Positions 17,709 to 26,977 of a stretch of 64,000 bases of DNA are shown piece after piece. The translations under genes and the position numbers were made by a program. A model generated the notes under the pieces. It was given only the letters and a program-made list of their open reading frames with translations, was not told where the DNA came from and made no database searches. The stretch is from assembly GCA_001778985.1 (NCBI GenBank), contig MFIU01000001.1, positions 190,934 to 254,933 on the forward strand. The letters run 5' to 3'. This stretch comes from Candidatus Giovannonibacteria bacterium RIFOXYD1_FULL_48_21 (GTDB lineage Bacteria > Patescibacteriota > Minisyncoccia > JACPKW01 > UBA11713). Numbering within the stretch: position 1 is the first letter of the stretch; each line of letters opens with the position of its first letter.

Positions 17709-19568
17709 ATGAAGCTTATTTCAAAGAATATCATTGTAGCTTTTCTTATTTTGATGCTCCTGGCCGGGGCGTATTCGGTTTTGCAGGAAAACCTCCGCTC
17801 CCAGGACGAATTATCCCTTTCCGAACTCGTCAAAAAGATTAACGCCGGCGAGGTTGGGAGCATTGTCGTCAGGGGAGACGAGCTTGAGGTAACCTTGAAA
17901 AACGACGCGGTTTTCCTTGCTAAAAAGGAAGCCGAGAGTTCGCTTTCTGAAACCTTGGCCAACTACAGCGTTTCCAAAGAAGCGCTGGGCCAGGTTTCAG
18001 TTGAAGTAAAAAATCCCTCGGGCTTTTTATTCTGGCTCGCGGCCCTCCTGCCGTTTCTGCTTCCGTTTCTGCTGATCGCGCTTTTTTTCTGGCTAGCGGC
18101 CCGGCAGGTACAGAGGGCGAATATTCAAGCTTTCACCTTCGGGCAATCCAGAGCCCGCGTGGTTCAGCCTGATTCCAAAAAAGAAAGGGTTACTTTTCGG
18201 GACGTGGCCGGAGTTAAAGAAGCCAAAGAAGAGCTCGTTGAGATTGTGGAATTTCTGCGCGCCCCAAAGAAATTTTTAGATATCGGCGCCAGGATTCCCA
18301 AAGGGGTTTTATTGATGGGAGCTCCGGGCACGGGAAAAACGCTTTTAGCGCGAGCGGTGGCGGGGGAGGCCAACGTTCCGTTCTTTCATATCTCGGGTTC
18401 TGAATTCGTGGAGATGTTCGTGGGAGTCGGGGCTTCGCGAGTCCGCGATTTGTTCAAAATGGCTAAGCGCTCCGCGCCGGCGATTGTATTCATCGATGAG
18501 ATTGACGCGGTCGGGCGTCATCGCGGCGCGGGACTTGGCGGCGGACATGACGAGCGGGAGCAGACCTTGAACCAAATTCTGGTTGAGATGGACGGCTTTG
18601 AGCCGCACGAGTCCGTGATTGTGATGGCTGGCACCAATCGTCCGGATGTTCTGGACCCCGCGCTTCTGCGTCCCGGAAGATTTGACCGCAGGGTGATTCT
18701 CGACCTTCCGGATATTAACGACCGCGAAGAGATTTTAAAACTTCACGCTTTGAAAAAACCTTTAGGCAAGGAAATAAGCCTTAGGCTCATTGCCGAGCGC
18801 ACCCCGGGTTTTTCCGGAGCGGATTTGGCGAACTTGATGAATGAGGCCGCGATTCTGGCGGCGAGAGAAAACCGGAAAACAGTAAGCCAGCTGGATTTAA
18901 CCCGCTCTATCGAGAAAGTCCTCCTGGGTCCTGAGCGGAAAAGCCACATCCTTTCGCAGAAAGAAAAAGAAATTTCAGCTTATCACGAGGCCGGGCACGC
19001 CCTGGTGGCCGCAGTTTTACCTAATGCTGACCCCGTCCACAAAATTACAATTGTGGCCCGCGGCCGGGCGGCCGGCTACACTCTGAAACTTCCCTCTGAA
19101 GACCGCCATCTCTACTCTCGGCCGAATTTTTTGGATGAGCTGGCCGCCGCGCTCGGCGGTTACGCTTCGGAGAAACTGGTTTTCGGAGAACTTACCACCG
19201 GCTCGGCCGATGATATTCGCAAGGCCACAATGATTGTGCGGGATTTGGTAACAAGATACGGCATGTCTGAGAAAATCGGGCCCATAACCCTCGGCGAGAG
19301 AGATGAACTTGTGTTTCTGGGTAAGGAGCTCGGAATCGAGAAAAATTATTCCGAAGAAACGGGCCGGCTGATTGATTCTGAAATGAAGCGCTTCATGAAA
19401 AACGCGTTTTCGCGCGCCCTGGGAATCTTGAGAAAATACCGAAAGGTGCTCAACGCTCTCGCCGGACGTTTGATTGAAAACGAGACCATCGAGCGCGAGG
19501 AGTTCGAAGCGATTTTGAGCTCTTTCGGTCTGAAGCAAATCCTGCTCGCGCCTGTAGCTCAACGGTAG
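17709..19568 (+). CDS. ftsH: ATP-dependent zinc metalloprotease FtsH
   Basis: N-terminal TM helices, Walker A (GPPGTGKT), SRH region and HEAGH zinc motif; the 3' end overlaps tRNA-Ile by about 20 nt. Confidence 0.95.
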   Translation: MKLISKNIIVAFLILMLLAGAYSVLQENLRSQDELSLSELVKKINAGEVGSIVVRGDELEVTLKNDAVFLAKKEAESSLSETLANYSVSKEALGQVSVEVKNPSGFLFWLAALLPFLLPFLLIALFFWLAARQVQRANIQAFTFGQSRARVVQPDSKKERVTFRDVAGVKEAKEELVEIVEFLRAPKKFLDIGARIPKGVLLMGAPGTGKTLLARAVAGEANVPFFHISGSEFVEMFVGVGASRVRDLFKMAKRSAPAIVFIDEIDAVGRHRGAGLGGGHDEREQTLNQILVEMDGFEPHESVIVMAGTNRPDVLDPALLRPGRFDRRVILDLPDINDREEILKLHALKKPLGKEISLRLIAERTPGFSGADLANLMNEAAILAARENRKTVSQLDLTRSIEKVLLGPERKSHILSQKEKEISAYHEAGHALVAAVLPNADPVHKITIVARGRAAGYTLKLPSEDRHLYSRPNFLDELAAALGGYASEKLVFGELTTGSADDIRKATMIVRDLVTRYGMSEKIGPITLGERDELVFLGKELGIEKNYSEETGRLIDSEMKRFMKNAFSRALGILRKYRKVLNALAGRLIENETIEREEFEAILSSFGLKQILLAPVAQR

Positions 19569-19622
19569 AGCACGGAGCTTATACCTCCGCGGTTCTAGGT
19601 TCAAATCCTAGCAGGCGCACCA
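19548..19622 (+). tRNA. tRNA-Ile(UAU) (anticodon TAT) with encoded CCA
   Basis: Cloverleaf: acceptor GCGCCTG/CAGGCGC, anticodon stem CGGAG/CTCCG, loop CTTATAC, T-loop TTCAAAT. Confidence 0.8.
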
Positions 19623-19694
19623 AAACTTGACTTTAGACACGCTCAAAAAATTGCGAAAGCCCTCGAGATAAGTGTTGATGATTTAATCAAATAA
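19599..19694 (+). pseudogene. Remnant of the C-terminal half of an XRE-family HTH protein (..KLDFRHAQKIAKALEISVDDLIK*) with no start codon, directly after the tRNA
   Basis: The translation matches the helix 4-5 consensus of Cro/C1 HTH; the frame is closed by TAG at 19596 with no ATG. Confidence 0.5.
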
Positions 19695-19698
19695 TTTT

Positions 19699-20355
19699 AT
19701 GGGATTTTTCAATTTTTCGAAATATAACGATATGGAAAAGGCCATGCTCGATATGTATTCCCAAATGTTGAGTATGCGGGGCATTCCATCTTCTGAGGCG
19801 AAAAAGCTAACAGAGGATATGCTCGATCAGGCAATCGAGGAATCTAAAAAAGATGGGACTTACAATCTCCCTCAAAATTTGGGCGATATCATTTTTGGAG
19901 ACGTGGGTACAGATAATCTAACTATCAAAAAAATTGCAGAGAGTATTCGACAGAAATTACCTTACAAAAAAGAAGAGGGTGTTCGAGATCAAGATGTTCG
20001 GTGGTGGTGGAATTTGAATGATATTGAGCGTCGAATGATGCTGAAACAAGATGACGCCGCTCGCATGACACTAATTCTCCACGAACTCGAAAATAGTACC
20101 GAGCCATCTAAAGAAAAGGCATTCGACACCGCAACTATAAAGGTGCGGAAATTTCATCCTATCTACGGCGACCCCAAAGATACCGCCCATACTAAAGGCG
20201 AAGATCGACCATTGCCTTATGAACTAAAAGACAGGATCAATATCTATATTGAAAAGAGGGCAAAAGAGAGTTCTGGAAATTATAAAGCAGAAATTGAGAA
20301 AGCAACTACTTTCAACGCGCTCGTTAGAAAAGAAATTCGAGCGGGGAAACTTTAA
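19699..20355 (+). CDS. Hypothetical protein (218 aa), AT-rich
   Basis: ORF only; no recognisable motif. Confidence 0.4.
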   Translation: MGFFNFSKYNDMEKAMLDMYSQMLSMRGIPSSEAKKLTEDMLDQAIEESKKDGTYNLPQNLGDIIFGDVGTDNLTIKKIAESIRQKLPYKKEEGVRDQDVRWWWNLNDIERRMMLKQDDAARMTLILHELENSTEPSKEKAFDTATIKVRKFHPIYGDPKDTAHTKGEDRPLPYELKDRINIYIEKRAKESSGNYKAEIEKATTFNALVRKEIRAGKL

Positions 20356-20370
20356 TAATTAGTAAAATTT

Positions 20371-20772
20371 ATGCAACAAGGTCTTATAGTAAAACCAGAT
20401 ATAGAAGAGGAGGATTTGAATAGATTGGTTCAGGTGGTGTATAAAAATGGGTGCACTTATATATCAGTTGTTACCCCGCATAATGAATCGACCCGTCTGA
20501 CAGCTAGAGTGGAGAGGGCAGAGGGGTTTAATCGTGTGGAAATTGATATGCGTAGTTGTAATTGGAATATCAGTGAGGCGGGACAAGGGGTTTTTATTAA
20601 ATTAGCAGAAGATTGGCCGGAGGATATAAAAAACGCGTATTGTGGTAAAAGTATCATGCGGGTTTATATAAAACATGATGACGAAAAAATGTGGGGAGTA
20701 GGATTATGGTTGATGTACATGTTAAAAGTTTTAGCAAAAGGCGAGAATCTGGAGGAAGTAAAATTATCCTAA
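20371..20772 (+). CDS. Hypothetical protein (133 aa)
   Basis: ORF only; 16 nt downstream of the previous gene. Confidence 0.4.
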   Translation: MQQGLIVKPDIEEEDLNRLVQVVYKNGCTYISVVTPHNESTRLTARVERAEGFNRVEIDMRSCNWNISEAGQGVFIKLAEDWPEDIKNAYCGKSIMRVYIKHDDEKMWGVGLWLMYMLKVLAKGENLEEVKLS

Positions 20773-20793
20773 AAGTTTTGAAAGGAATAATGA

Positions 20794-22422
20794 TTGGTTT
20801 TAAATTTGATGGCGAAAAAATTTTGGCCTCCCGCGAGGGCGCGGTTGTATAATTACACTATGGCCTACCCCTATCTCCACTTGGCGCATGCGCCGGAATT
20901 GAAAGGAAAAGACTGGATAATTTTTAGGTTTCTAGAAATTTTTCCCGGAGGAATCGCGTGGCTGACGCTTGTGGGGATGGTTTTAGTTTCGTGGCTCGCT
21001 CCGGTCGCGGGGGCGATTTTTATAATTCTTTTTGATTTATATTGGCTTATAAAAACCATCTATCTTTCAATTCATCTTCGCGGAAATTGGAAGAGATTGC
21101 GGCATAATTTAAAGATTGATTGGAAAGAGCGCGTCCAAAAATTATGCTGGGAGCACGTCTGGCAGGTGGTCATTCTGCCCTTTTATAAAGAGTCTTATGA
21201 AGTGATAGAAAGTTCATTCCAAGCTCTCGTTAAATCAGATTGGCCCAAAGAGCGGATGATTTTAGTTCTGGCCAGGGAAGAGAAAGGAGGCGAGGGAACG
21301 CGCGAGACAATTTGGAAAATCCGCGAAAAATACAAAAATCAGTTTCCGCATTTTCTGGAAACCAAACATCCCGTAAACCTCGAAGGCGAGATTCCCGGCA
21401 AAGGCTCCAATGCCGCTTGGGCCGGACGCGAAGTAAAAAAATATATTGATAAACTCAATGTTCCTTACGGCGATATTCTTGTTTCGTCCCTGGATATCGA
21501 CACCCAGGTTCCTGAGCAATATTTTTTGGTCTTGGCCTATCATTTTCTGACGGTGGAAAATCCGCATCGGACCGCTTACCAGCCGGTTCCGGTCTACAAC
21601 AATAATATTTGGGAAGCGCCATCTTTCTCGCGCGTGGTCGCGAACTCCGGAACTTTCTGGCAAATGATGCAGCAGGAGCGTCCGGAAAGGCTGGCAACTT
21701 TCTCTTCGCACTCCATGAGTTTTAAGGCGCTCGTCGAGCTCGATTTTTGGCAGAGAAACATGGTTTCCGAAGATTCAAGAATTTTCTGGCAGGGATTTCT
21801 CTATTATAAAGGCGATTACAAATCTCAACCTATCGCTTATCCGGTCTGGATGGACGCGCCCATTGGCAGAAATCTCTGGGAAACCGCGCAAAGTGTCTAT
21901 AAACAGCAGAGGCGCTGGGCCTGGGGCGTGGAGAATTTTCCGTACACTCTTTTCGGATTTTTGAAAATTCCTGAAATTCCCTTGCGAAAAAAACTTTATT
22001 TCACCCTGATTATGTTTGAGGGGCTTTGGTCTTGGTCCACGAACGCGATTTTGATGTTTTTCTTGGGCTGGCTTCCTTTGATTCTTGGGGGCGAAGCTTT
22101 TAACTCAACTATTCTCTCCTACAATCTGCCGCGCGCGACGAGACTGATTATGACCTTAGCCATGGTCGGGATTATAACTTCCATCGTAATTTCGACTTCG
22201 CTTCTGCCGCCCCGTCCGGAGAAGACGCCTCGCCGAAAATATCTTTACATGATTTTGCAGTGGCTTTTGATGCCCGTGACTCTAATTTTCTTCGGCGCGA
22301 TTCCGGCGCTCGACGCCCAAACCCGCTTAATGCTCGGCAAGTACATGGGTTTCTGGGTGACGCCTAAATATAGAAAGACTCCGGAGTTTATTCGAAATGA
22401 AGCGATGCGGACTGCGCGCTGA
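20794..22422 (+). CDS. Membrane-embedded processive family-2 glycosyltransferase (cellulose/chitin-synthase-like)
   Basis: D..D (SLDIDTQ), ED (SEDSRIFWQ) and QQRRW motifs, flanked by multiple TM segments. Confidence 0.55.
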   Translation: MVLNLMAKKFWPPARARLYNYTMAYPYLHLAHAPELKGKDWIIFRFLEIFPGGIAWLTLVGMVLVSWLAPVAGAIFIILFDLYWLIKTIYLSIHLRGNWKRLRHNLKIDWKERVQKLCWEHVWQVVILPFYKESYEVIESSFQALVKSDWPKERMILVLAREEKGGEGTRETIWKIREKYKNQFPHFLETKHPVNLEGEIPGKGSNAAWAGREVKKYIDKLNVPYGDILVSSLDIDTQVPEQYFLVLAYHFLTVENPHRTAYQPVPVYNNNIWEAPSFSRVVANSGTFWQMMQQERPERLATFSSHSMSFKALVELDFWQRNMVSEDSRIFWQGFLYYKGDYKSQPIAYPVWMDAPIGRNLWETAQSVYKQQRRWAWGVENFPYTLFGFLKIPEIPLRKKLYFTLIMFEGLWSWSTNAILMFFLGWLPLILGGEAFNSTILSYNLPRATRLIMTLAMVGIITSIVISTSLLPPRPEKTPRRKYLYMILQWLLMPVTLIFFGAIPALDAQTRLMLGKYMGFWVTPKYRKTPEFIRNEAMRTAR

Positions 22423-24535
22423 CGCGCCGTGCCAACTCGGGATATTTTTGAATCGAATTCGCTTCAATTATTTTCCTGGCTTCTTCTCTGGCGGCTTCCA
22501 CCATTTTGATATTTTTTAAAGCTTCCATGCCGACGTCAGAGATGCCCCATTGTTTTTGGCCGGTTAGTTCGCCTGGGCCGCGAAGCTCTAGGTCATATTC
22601 CGCAAGCTCGAATCCGGACTTGGCTTCCAAAAGCGCTTGAAGCCGCGCCTTTGTTTTTTGCGAATTTGATTCCGTGAACAAGAAGCAATAGGGCTGATGT
22701 TCCGAGCGCATCACGCGTCCCCGAAGCTGGTGCAGTTGCGCGAGACCGAAGCGTTCGGCGCCTTCAATCAAAATAATTGTTGCGTTCGGGACATCCACGC
22801 CGACCTCGATGACGGAAGTCGCCACCAAAAGCTGGATTTTTCCCTCCCGAAATTCTTTCATTATTTTTTCTTTTTCTTTGGGTTTGAGCTTTCCGTGGAG
22901 CATCGCGACCTTAAACTCCGGGAAAATATTTTCCGAAAGAGTTTTATATTCTTTTTTTACGGCGCGCATCTCTGGAAGTCCGACTTCCCGGAGAAGTCGG
23001 ACTTCCTCGGATTCAATCCGCGGGCAGAGAACGTAGGCCTGGCGCCCGAATGAAATTTTTTTCCGGACGTGCTCGTAGGCATGTTTTCGTTTCTCGGGGG
23101 CGATAATCTCGGTAATTATTTTTTTTCTTCCAGCTGGCATCTCGTCCAAAAGCGTTAAATCCAAATCTCCGTAAATTGTAAGCGCCAAAGTTCGAGGGAT
23201 TGGGGTCGCAGTCATGGACAAAAGATGGGGAATCTGCCCGCCGGCAGGCAGGTTTTCTTCGTGACCTTTTTGCGTCAATTTCAAGCGCTGATTTATGCCA
23301 AAGCGATGCTGTTCGTCCACGATCACCAGCGCCAGTTTTTTGAATTTTATTTTTTCCTGAATCAAAGAATGGGTGCCGATTAAAATTTGAATCTCACCCG
23401 ATGCTAACCATTTCAAGAGGGGAGCGCGCGCAATGTGAGTCGGTTTCCCGGCGAAAGCTTTGGAGGGATATTTTAAAAATTCTGAAGAGGTAGCCAAGCC
23501 TATTTTTATATTCAACTGCTTAAAACGGCGGATGAATTCTTCAAAATGCTGGCGCGCCAAAACCTCGGTCGGCGCCATGTAGGCCACCTGAAAATTGTTC
23601 TGGACGGCGGCAAAACTCGCCACGGCCGCGACCGCGGTTTTTCCGGAACCGACATCTCCTTCCAAGAGTCTGGACATCGGCTTCGCTCGGCCCAGATCTT
23701 CGAGAATATGTTCGCTGGCTCGTTTTTGGGCGCCGGTCAGTTCGAAAGGGAAGGCTTTTACGAAATCTTTAATTTTTTCCGGCTCAATGGCTATCTGATA
23801 CGAAGGATGTTCATCGCGTTTTTTGCGCCAGGCTTGCCGGATTAGCTGGATTATGAAAATTTCTTCAAAGGCGAAGCGCTTTCTGGCGGCCTCGGCCCAT
23901 TTCAAATTCCGCGGGAAGTGAATTTCTTTTATGGCCGATTTTAAGGAGGGGAGATTGTATTTTTTTAAAATTTCTTCCGGAATGGAGTCTTTTAGGGAAG
24001 TCGGACTTCCACTTGGAAGTCCGACTTCCAAGTGGTCCAAAATTCGTTTTATTGCAAAGCGGAGCCAGCGCGAAGTGAGGCCCCGCGTCTCCGGGTAAAT
24101 TGGTACAAGTATTCCAGACTCATTCGCGGTTATCTCTCCTGCTTCAAACACGGGATTCATCATGGAAAGCCCGTTTTTATCTCGTTTTATGGTTCCAGTG
24201 AAAGTGTAGTCGGTATTGGGTTTTAAGATATTAACCATATATGGCTGGTTGAACCAGACAATTTTTAAAGAGCCGGTGCCGTCAGAAATCAAAGTCTGGG
24301 CAAGGCTGATTTTTTTGCGAAAGGTTTTTTTGGCTTCGGTTTTAATCACACGGCCGTGCACCGAGGCCCGTTCGCCCGCGACTAAATCCGCGACAGCTTT
24401 TCTGCCGGCAAACCCTTCGTATCTTACGGGAAAATGCCACAATAAATCACGGACTATTTGGAGTCCGAACTTTTTTAAAATTAGAATTTGTCTCTCGGTC
24501 AGGCGAAAATAATTCGAGAGCGGGGAGTCGAGCAT
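22388..24535 (-). CDS. recG: ATP-dependent DNA helicase RecG
   Basis: Wedge/OB N-terminus, helicase motifs I (GDVGSGKT), II (DEQH) and VI (QLRGRV); contains two in-frame REP-like doublets. Confidence 0.9.
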   Translation of the reverse strand: MLDSPLSNYFRLTERQILILKKFGLQIVRDLLWHFPVRYEGFAGRKAVADLVAGERASVHGRVIKTEAKKTFRKKISLAQTLISDGTGSLKIVWFNQPYMVNILKPNTDYTFTGTIKRDKNGLSMMNPVFEAGEITANESGILVPIYPETRGLTSRWLRFAIKRILDHLEVGLPSGSPTSLKDSIPEEILKKYNLPSLKSAIKEIHFPRNLKWAEAARKRFAFEEIFIIQLIRQAWRKKRDEHPSYQIAIEPEKIKDFVKAFPFELTGAQKRASEHILEDLGRAKPMSRLLEGDVGSGKTAVAAVASFAAVQNNFQVAYMAPTEVLARQHFEEFIRRFKQLNIKIGLATSSEFLKYPSKAFAGKPTHIARAPLLKWLASGEIQILIGTHSLIQEKIKFKKLALVIVDEQHRFGINQRLKLTQKGHEENLPAGGQIPHLLSMTATPIPRTLALTIYGDLDLTLLDEMPAGRKKIITEIIAPEKRKHAYEHVRKKISFGRQAYVLCPRIESEEVRLLREVGLPEMRAVKKEYKTLSENIFPEFKVAMLHGKLKPKEKEKIMKEFREGKIQLLVATSVIEVGVDVPNATIILIEGAERFGLAQLHQLRGRVMRSEHQPYCFLFTESNSQKTKARLQALLEAKSGFELAEYDLELRGPGELTGQKQWGISDVGMEALKNIKMVEAAREEARKIIEANSIQKYPELARRVSAQSASLHFE
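22974..23006. repeat. REP-like palindrome doublet (GGAAGTCCGACTTCC ..7nt.. GAAGTCGGACTTCC) in frame inside recG; encodes EEVRLLREVGLPE
   Basis: Read directly; the same 13-15-nt palindrome recurs at 23996, 40198, 40926 and 40988. Confidence 0.8.
23996..24035. repeat. REP-like palindrome doublet (GGAAGTCGGACTTCC + 27-nt perfect palindrome CCACTTGGAAGTCCGACTTCCAAGTGG) in frame inside recG; encodes LEVGLPSGSPTS
   Basis: Read directly. Confidence 0.8.
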
Positions 24536-24556
24536 GAGATTATTTTACACTTTTGC

Positions 24557-24627
24557 GCCCTCGAGAGGAATTGAACCTCTATCACAAGCTCCGCAAGCTT
24601 GCATTCTGTCCGTTGAACTACGAGGGC
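24557..24627 (-). tRNA. tRNA-Arg with anticodon GCG (unusual), no encoded CCA
   Basis: Cloverleaf: acceptor GCCCTCG/CGAGGGC, anticodon stem CAAGC/GCTTG, loop TTGCGGA, T-arm AGAGG-TTCAATT-CCTCT; G10-U25 in the D stem. Confidence 0.6.
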
Positions 24628-24902
24628 AAATTAATAAGTTTTGGAAGTGCGCGTTTGATGTAATTTATATCAATAATTTTTCGATTTTCATCCATTTCAT
24701 AGAAAATTCGATAAGCTCCTACCCGACGGCGCCACTCGTTTTCTTTATCTTTCATCTTGGCGATATCTCCAGAATAAGGATTTACGGCCAGTTCTTGAAA
24801 AGCAAGGAAAACCCGTTCCGCGTCTTTTTTCGGAATCTTTCTGAGGAATTTTCTGGAAGACTTACTTATTATTAATTTCCAACTCACGCTGCAGTTCCTC
24901 AA
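24618..24902 (-). CDS. relE: RelE/ParE family type II toxin
   Basis: C-terminal R..VG.YRI.Y..D..N....I..I..R pattern typical of RelE/ParE; the stop TAG lies inside the tRNA-Arg acceptor stem; start is probably the internal GTG/ATG. Confidence 0.65.
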   Translation of the reverse strand: MRNCSVSWKLIISKSSRKFLRKIPKKDAERVFLAFQELAVNPYSGDIAKMKDKENEWRRRVGAYRIFYEMDENRKIIDINYIKRALPKLINLPS

Positions 24903-25095
24903 GAGTTACATATTCGCCTCGTGCAATTTCACGGCGTCCTCTTTCAACGGCTTTTTTTTCTGCCGTGGTCGACTTGAAGGTTCTGGCAGATTTTATCTTT
25001 CTCTGCCATTCCAAAAACTCCTCGTAGGTCTTTCTGGAAATAGCTATGAGTTTTTCGTTCTGATTAACTCCTCTAGGAATGGTAATTATTGGCAT
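24862..25095 (-). CDS. Putative type II antitoxin, partner of the RelE-like toxin
   Basis: 77 aa, directly upstream of and overlapping the toxin; C-terminus acidic and helical. Confidence 0.45.
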   Translation of the reverse strand: MPIITIPRGVNQNEKLIAISRKTYEEFLEWQRKIKSARTFKSTTAEKKAVERGRREIARGEYVTLEELQRELEINNK

Positions 25096-25107
25096 AGATA
25101 TACTCTA

Positions 25108-25578
25108 TCAAAACCTGAAAAATCGCGCAATCGTGTCGAAGAGCGATTCTTCAATTTCCTTCTCCTCCAGGAATTTTATCAAATGCTCGCGGACTTCGTT
25201 GGGGTCGGCTTGGCCGAGCGGAATCGAAATCTGCGGCTGAAAAGTTTTTTTTGAAATCAGATATAATTCGCGAACGTGCGGCGGGTCGTAGTTAATCCAG
25301 AAAAATTGCAAATTATCGTAAGGGTAAAGTTTGTCTTCGACTTTAATCCCGCGCGAGGTTATGGCGAAGTTTACGATTTTCGGCTGTTTCACCCCGTACA
25401 TCGCGACCGTGAAACCGCCCAAGAGAACCAGAATCGCGAAAAGAAAATTTTTAAGCAAAATCGCCAGGATTAGAAAGCCGAAAGCGATAATTCCCACGGC
25501 CCAGTACCAGTCCGGCGTTTTTTCCCGCAATTCGTGCTCCGGCGCCTCCCAGGACATTAAAACCAAAAATTCAGCCAT
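25108..25578 (-). CDS. Hypothetical membrane protein (2 TM)
   Basis: ORF plus hydrophobic segments. Confidence 0.4.
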   Translation of the reverse strand: MAEFLVLMSWEAPEHELREKTPDWYWAVGIIAFGFLILAILLKNFLFAILVLLGGFTVAMYGVKQPKIVNFAITSRGIKVEDKLYPYDNLQFFWINYDPPHVRELYLISKKTFQPQISIPLGQADPNEVREHLIKFLEEKEIEESLFDTIARFFRF

Positions 25579-26018
25579 TACTTAAAGTATATCAGATTGC
25601 CGACTTGAATTCCTTTTTCCCGGGCCCTGCCGCCGCTGATTTCGAGAACATAGCGGACTGGGCCGGGCGGAGAGAAAGTTTTCGGAAAAGATTGGGGGGA
25701 AAGTTCCGGCTCGACCCCGATGACTTTCAGGTTTTCGTCAATCCAGACGATGTCAATCGCGAATTTCATGTCCTTCATCCAGAAAGAATAAAAATCCGGC
25801 TTTTCAAAAACAAAAAGCATCCCTTCATTTTCTCCGAGCGAGTTTCTGCCGGAAAGACCTCTGGTATATTCATGAGGTTCGTCCGCGACCTCGACCAAAA
25901 ACTCGGCTTCGTTGATTTTTATGAATTTCGTTTCAGACCCTTTCGGATAATTATAAAGAAATCCCGCGACCAGAAGAAAGAGCAGGAGAGCAAAAATTAA
26001 AATTATGGCGGGTTTCAT
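25578..26018 (-). CDS. DUF192 domain protein (exported, signal/TM N-terminus)
   Basis: MLFVFEKP...FWMKDM.F.IDIVWID pattern characteristic of DUF192 (COG1430). Confidence 0.55.
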   Translation of the reverse strand: MKPAIILIFALLLFLLVAGFLYNYPKGSETKFIKINEAEFLVEVADEPHEYTRGLSGRNSLGENEGMLFVFEKPDFYSFWMKDMKFAIDIVWIDENLKVIGVEPELSPQSFPKTFSPPGPVRYVLEISGGRAREKGIQVGNLIYFK

Positions 26019-26209
26019 TTTTGCGGGCCGCCCGAGTTAAATGCTCGGACAATACAAGCATTGTAAGGCTTCTCTGGCGGTTTTGTCACGTTTCAATTTG
26101 AGGCTCTATCGACCCAGAACGGTGTAGGTCGGTCTAGAACCAACTTTGAGCAAACCGTTACAGCGTTTTTTGAAAATTAACCTTTTGAGGTGGGGATCGG
26201 GGCTTGCTT

Positions 26210-26833
26210 CTATCCTAATCGTTGTTGATCGTTTAATGTAATAAGCTTCCAAGCATCCATTTCTTTTTCGCATAATGTCAGCGAGGTATTGTTGAGAAGG
26301 GTGAAATAAAAAAAGTTTCTAAAAATCTCATAGGATAGCTGATCGTCGAGCATCATGGTCGCAATAACCATTTTTATAAGATATTCATGAGATACCGCCA
26401 AAATATTTTTGGCAGGAAGCTCGGAAACGTATTTTATAAAAAGTTTGGCACGTTTTTTTATATCAAGAAAGTTTTCTTCATCGCTGTAATGCCAATTCGG
26501 ATCGGTATTATTTCTCTCTTTTAGTAGATCGAAAACTTTTTCAACTTCCGGATCTTTTAATAATTTGCCCTCGATTTCACTCGGCCACTTCTTTTCTCCC
26601 AGAAGAGTGGTTTCTTGAACGTCTTTATTAATTTTCCTAGCAATTATTTCTGCGGTTTCTTTTGTTCGCTTATGCGGACTGGCGATCATTACGTCAATTG
26701 AAACATGGGCGATTCGCTCGGCTAGTTCCTGGGCTTGCTTGCGTCCCAGTTCGGTTAGTTGGTCATTAAAACTTACTACGCTTTTTTGTAGATTGCTATT
26801 TGTTTCTCCGTGGCGCACAAAATATAGTTTCAT
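26210..26833 (-). CDS. Histidine phosphatase family protein (phosphoglycerate-mutase-like)
   Basis: RHGE(T) catalytic motif at the N-terminus (LYFVRHGETNSN). Confidence 0.65.
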   Translation of the reverse strand: MKLYFVRHGETNSNLQKSVVSFNDQLTELGRKQAQELAERIAHVSIDVMIASPHKRTKETAEIIARKINKDVQETTLLGEKKWPSEIEGKLLKDPEVEKVFDLLKERNNTDPNWHYSDEENFLDIKKRAKLFIKYVSELPAKNILAVSHEYLIKMVIATMMLDDQLSYEIFRNFFYFTLLNNTSLTLCEKEMDAWKLITLNDQQRLG

Positions 26834-26889
26834 AAGATTTATTATTCGATTTTAACAGTTTTCGGTCCCTCGATAAAAAATGCTGTCTG

Positions 26890-26977
26890 CGGTAGGGGTG
26901 AGATTCGAACTCACGGTGCCATTTCTGACACAGCAGTTTTCAAGACTGCCGCCTTAAACCACTCGGCCACCCTACCG
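26890..26977 (-). tRNA. tRNA-Ser(UGA) with a long variable arm, no encoded CCA
   Basis: Cloverleaf: acceptor GGTAGGG/CCCTACC, anticodon stem GCAGT/ACTGC, loop CTTGAAA, T-loop TTCGAAT. Confidence 0.85.

Noticed and set aside
24534-24875. ORF 24534-24875 (plus, 113 aa)
   Set aside because: Runs antisense through tRNA-Arg and the RelE-like gene; no motif; spurious.
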